From contig NC_058368.1 of the NCBI RefSeq assembly GCF_018350175.1, positions 28,088,001 through 28,152,000 of the forward strand: a stretch of 64,000 bases of DNA, written 5' to 3'. This stretch comes from Felis catus (Eukaryota). A program made the position numbers and the translations under genes. Positions 60,040 through 64,000 of this stretch are shown here, one piece after another. How positions within the stretch are numbered: position 1 is the first letter of the stretch; every line of letters starts with the position of its first letter. Below the pieces are notes generated by a model, which saw nothing but the letters and a program-made list of their open reading frames with translations, made no database searches and was not told where the DNA came from.

Positions 60040-60560
60040 GAGTCCTTCCGAGCAGCCAGAGGAGTCTTCGCCAAGGAAGTGATGCTTACGCTGATGGAGG
60101 GGCACAGTGCTTCCACCAGGAGAATATGTGGGGGGAGAGTATCTCAGGCAGAAGAACGGCATGTGCAAAGGCCGTGTGGCTGGATGATGGCCCACCTGTG
60201 AATGAAAGGAGAACAGGATTGTCAGAGCCCAGGGGACAGAGGAGTGAATGGCATCGAGGAGTCTGTAGAGGAGCTCAGGCACACACGGCCAGGTCAGGCG
60301 GCAAAGGATTTTGTCTCCAACCGAAAGAAATGGGATGGCCTAAGGGGTTTTAAGCACAGGACAGACGTTTTTAAAAAGTCCACGTGGCTTCAGGGTGGAG
60401 GAGTGATTTTTGGAGGATACAAGGGGATACAGGAAAACAGGCTAGAAGCCACAGCAAATTTTCAGGCTGGAGAAGATTATAACTTAGACTCAGGTATTGG
60501 AGATGGAGAAAAGAAGACAGATTTGGAGAGTGGGCGTGGGGAGGAGAAGGTGTGGGGGAA
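60040..60560 (-). mobile_element. L2 remnant
   Basis: CAGGCAGAAGAACGGCATGTGCAAAGGCC and GGGTTTTAAGCA-type antisense L2 motifs. Confidence 0.6.
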
Positions 60561-60611
60561 TAGAGAGAGGTCCTGGCTCAGTGGGAGCTTTCAAACAGGT
60601 TCAGTCTAGAC

Positions 60612-60815
60612 CAGCAGTTGCGTTCCACAGGGAACACTGGGTAACATCTGGAAATATTTTGGGTTGTTGCAACCAGGGGAGCGGGGTGGGGTGCCACTGG
60701 CATCTGGCACGTAGAGCCCAAGGATGTCACTAAACATCCTACAATGCACAGACTTGTCCTACAGCAAGGATTACGGAGTCCAAAATACCAATAATGCCAA
60801 AGTTTAGAAACTCCG
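60612..60815. mobile_element. MER20-like hAT MITE
   Basis: CATCTGGAAATATTTTGGGTTGT...GCCACTGGCATCT...GGATGTCACTAAACATCCTACAATGCACAG...CCAAAATACCAATAATGCC. Confidence 0.8.
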
Positions 60816-62670
60816 GTCGAGATCCACTTTGCTCCTTGTCAGCCCCACTAAAGGTAAACAGATCCTCACCCTCATGTCCCCCCGATGAGGAAACTAAGTC
60901 ATGAGGTTGGCATGGTCCACAGGAAAGCAGCAAGAAGGACCAGTCAATGGCTACTTAGCATCCACTGAGCTCTCAGCTTGGGCAAAGGAAGGTCCTGGTT
61001 ACAGGTGGGGGTATTATGGACTATCCTCCCTGCTGTCCTCCCTTCCTGGATGTATGCATCTGTCCCAACGTTTATGAGAGCTGGGAAGTCTTGCCTACCC
61101 TCTGCTTCCATATCTTTGTCTCCCACTTAGTCCCTGTCCAGTGTTCGTGGCCTTTGTTTCTGGGTCCGCAGCCAGTGGCTAACAAATGAACATAACTTCA
61201 GGCTTGAGGAACGGGGGGGGCTTCAGGATATAAGCCAAGGGATTTGCGAAGTGCAGAGATGTGGAGACACATACTAATTAGTATTTTGCATAATTATCCC
61301 CATACATTACTTTTAATAAAACAATAGTTCATCTTGTTCTGCTGGACACATGGTACTTGGTAAATCGTTGGAATGAGGCTAAAAACCAAACCTCAAATCC
61401 CTCGTCTTTGTCCCTTTTCCCTTCTTCTTTCCCTCCACCTCTCTATCAGCCAGCACTTCCCTTCCCTTCCCTGGGCTCCCAGAGAACTTAAGTCTCCACC
61501 AGCTCTCATAGAGGGTTGGTTAAGCCTTCTCCCCAAAAGTGAGTCATGGTCCCAGGTGGTAAAACTTTCTTAAAAATTTCTCTGCCCGTTCTTCCTCTGC
61601 TGTAGACTCCTTCCTCAGTCTCGTAGAGAGGATTATCCAGCTCACCTGTTTCTGTTTCAAGGTATAGAATCACCACCTCTGCTTTTTGCAGCATACAATA
61701 CCCATGATCTCATGAGACAGATCAAAAATGGAAGAAAAGAGCCAGCGAGCAAGCAAGAATGAATGAGGATAAGTGATTGTCAAAACACTAACAATAAAAA
61801 AGAAATGTGGTAACTACGTTCTATCAGTGAATACAAAGTTTCTACATTTTCATGCAGAGGGAACACCATTCTCATAATAATAGTCTGCCTTGTAGAAACC
61901 AAAATGATTTGGTATTTTATAATATCCCAGGTGGAGTTCATTTCTTTTCCAAAGTCCACCTTGACCTTACATTATCATTGTTCTACCATTTCTGAAAGGA
62001 TGTGATATTACTTTCATAAGAACCATGATGACTCTGGAAGATTTATTGATGACAGTCTTCCACATGAAAAGCTAAAAAAGAAAAAGACTTTGATTTTGGA
62101 CTGATTGATTTTTCTGCCCTAATGTAATAGGTAGAAGATTGCCTTTCCTCCAGGAAGTTCCAGAGAAATATTTTATTTTGTTGCCTTTCAGACTCTTAAG
62201 GAAACAATGATTCATGTTTACCTTACTGTTAGATGATTATGATGAATAGGTGAATTACACCAGCATTTGACATTCACAGCAGGTGCACATAGCAATATGA
62301 AGACTATTTCTATTTATATATGATTTCCAAATGTTAACCCAGACTAAAAGAAATGCGTGTGGTATGCAGCGATAGCTAAAGGCATTTCCACATGCCCCAT
62401 GTATAGCTTTAGGGGAGGAGGAAATAAATCCAAATATGGATAAGCCCAGGACCCATCTCATGAATAAGCAGTTGCTTCTTGAAGTGACTTCAAAGTCACT
62501 AGGATATACCTGTCTTCCCGCAACTCTCTCTCTCTCTCTCTGATGATATTTAAAAATGCTCACATTGACTTCTGTTTAAACTTGAGCCCTTGCTAAAATA
62601 TAAATGTTAATGGAGGAACATTTCACATAGTGAGGAAGCTAAAATATTTAGCCATTATGTATGTTAATTC

Positions 62671-63098
62671 TGCATCAGTCGGGGTTCTTCAGAGAAACAG
62701 AACCAATAGGATGTATATATTTAGAAAAAGCGAGATTTATTTTAAGGAATTGGCTCACGTAATTATGGGAGATGGCAGATCTGAAATGTGCAGGGCAGAC
62801 CAGCAACCTGGAAATTCTGACAGGAGTCAATATTGTAGTCTTGAGTCCAAAAGTAATCTGGAGGCCAAATTCCTTCTTCCTTGAGAGGACCATAATCTTT
62901 TTTCCTTAAAGCCTTTGACTGAGTGGGTGAGACCCACGCACATGACAGAGAGTAATCTGACTTGCTCAAAGTCTACTGATTTAAATGTTAATCATATTTT
63001 TAAAATACTTTCAAAGAAACATCTAGGCCGGTGTTTCACAAAACAAGTGGGCACCATAGTCTAGCCAAATTGACGCATATAACAAATCAAAGGTCACG
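62671..63098 (-). mobile_element. MLT2-like (ERVL) solo LTR
   Basis: GGGTTCTTCAGAGAAACAGAACCAATAGG, TTTATTTTAAGGAATTGGCTCAC, TCTACTGATTTAAATGTTAATC and TAGCCAAATTGAC. Confidence 0.8.
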
Positions 63099-63489
63099 AG
63101 GGCACCTTGGCTTGAATTAGTTCACTGTATTTGTCAGTTTCCTGGGAGGTCAGTGTTTGGGAAAGGCTAGTTTTGACAAGGCATAACAGAGGGGAAGGAA
63201 GAAAAGAACAATAGGACAAGACTAGCTGCCATTTGGAAGCATTAAGTCAAACATTGCAGGGGAGGGGAATCCAAGACCAAAAAGGGCACAGAGAGGGCAC
63301 AGGATGCTGGGGATTCAGTTTTGCGAAAGGGAAGCCAGGGATGTGAAAGTAAGTTCCTCCACAAAAGTTGGAGGGTGAGCAGGAGTATGGATGCAGTATA
63401 AAACAGAATTAGCCGATAGCTTCTAAACTCATCTGCACAGGCCCTTGGACCACTCTTGAACTAGTGCTTTGTTGGATCTTAGTAAGATT

Positions 63490-63722
63490 TACTGATTAAG
63501 ACTCACCATGTTCCAGACAGGATTCTAATTTCTTATATAGTAATTCACTTAATCTTCCCAACAATGAAATGAAAATGCTTCTATTATTGTTCCCATTTTA
63601 CAAGTAAGAAAACTAAGACCTAGAGAGATGAGGCTCGCCCAGGGTCACACAAGTAGAAATCCGTAGAGCTGGGATTTGAACCTATGCAGTCTGATGTCAG
63701 AGCTTGTGCTCATGAACACTAT
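63490..63722 (-). mobile_element. MIR remnant
   Basis: CCCATTTTACAAGTAAGAAAACTAAGAC...CAGGGTCACACA...GGGATTTGAACC. Confidence 0.8.
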
Positions 63723-64000
63723 TCAATTGTCTCTGAAACTGCTGTTGAAGACATTGTCCAGGAAGTGGTTCTGTGTTCCCTCTGTTAGGACGTACACATA
63801 TACAATATGTTCCTTTTAGTACCAGGAAAAAGATTGTATCTCCCAAGGAGCTGGTTTATTCAGATGTATCAGATAATGTAACTCATTGGGTTTTATCCTT
63901 TTACATAGTTTATAATTTTTTCTATTTCGAATTACCCTAAACCCTATTTGTAAGTAAGGGTATAAATCCCCCCAAATTTGTAGCACTGTATACATTCTTT

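Noticed and set aside
23633..61546. Isolated AP-1 (23633, 61540) and scattered TTCNNNGAA motifs
   Set aside because: Several such short motifs are expected by chance in 64 kb, and there is no supporting context.

Overview
Mammalian genomic DNA, almost certainly from a felid: it carries dense tRNA-derived carnivore SINEs of the SINEC_Fc type and a cat-type L1 3' end. The window holds one complete protein-coding gene, TNFSF11 (RANKL), on the minus strand. Its five coding exons (34349-34579, 27025-27192, 7974-8019, 7795-7893, 3189-3610) all have GT/AG boundaries and join to a 966-nt CDS encoding 321 aa. The gene has a CpG-island promoter near 34.7-35.0 kb and a 3'UTR of about 1.1 kb ending after AATAAA at 2088-2093. 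The upstream ~29 kb is non-coding and repeat-rich (SINEs, L1/L2/MIR remnants, solo LTRs, hAT fossils, microsatellites). All other ORFs in the track look like chance or repeat-derived frames. I found no convincing new biological system. The best leads are local: a young antisense SINE 42 nt from the last exon's acceptor, a perfect CRE in the proximal promoter, a near-human TNF domain (possible denosumab cross-reactivity), a Pro-rich tail duplication, a stop-free in-frame exon 2 bracketed by inverted SINEs, an intronic CTCF motif, and a twice-used SINE target site. Human and mouse sequence comparisons and repeat family names are from memory and need confirming by alignment or RepeatMasker.
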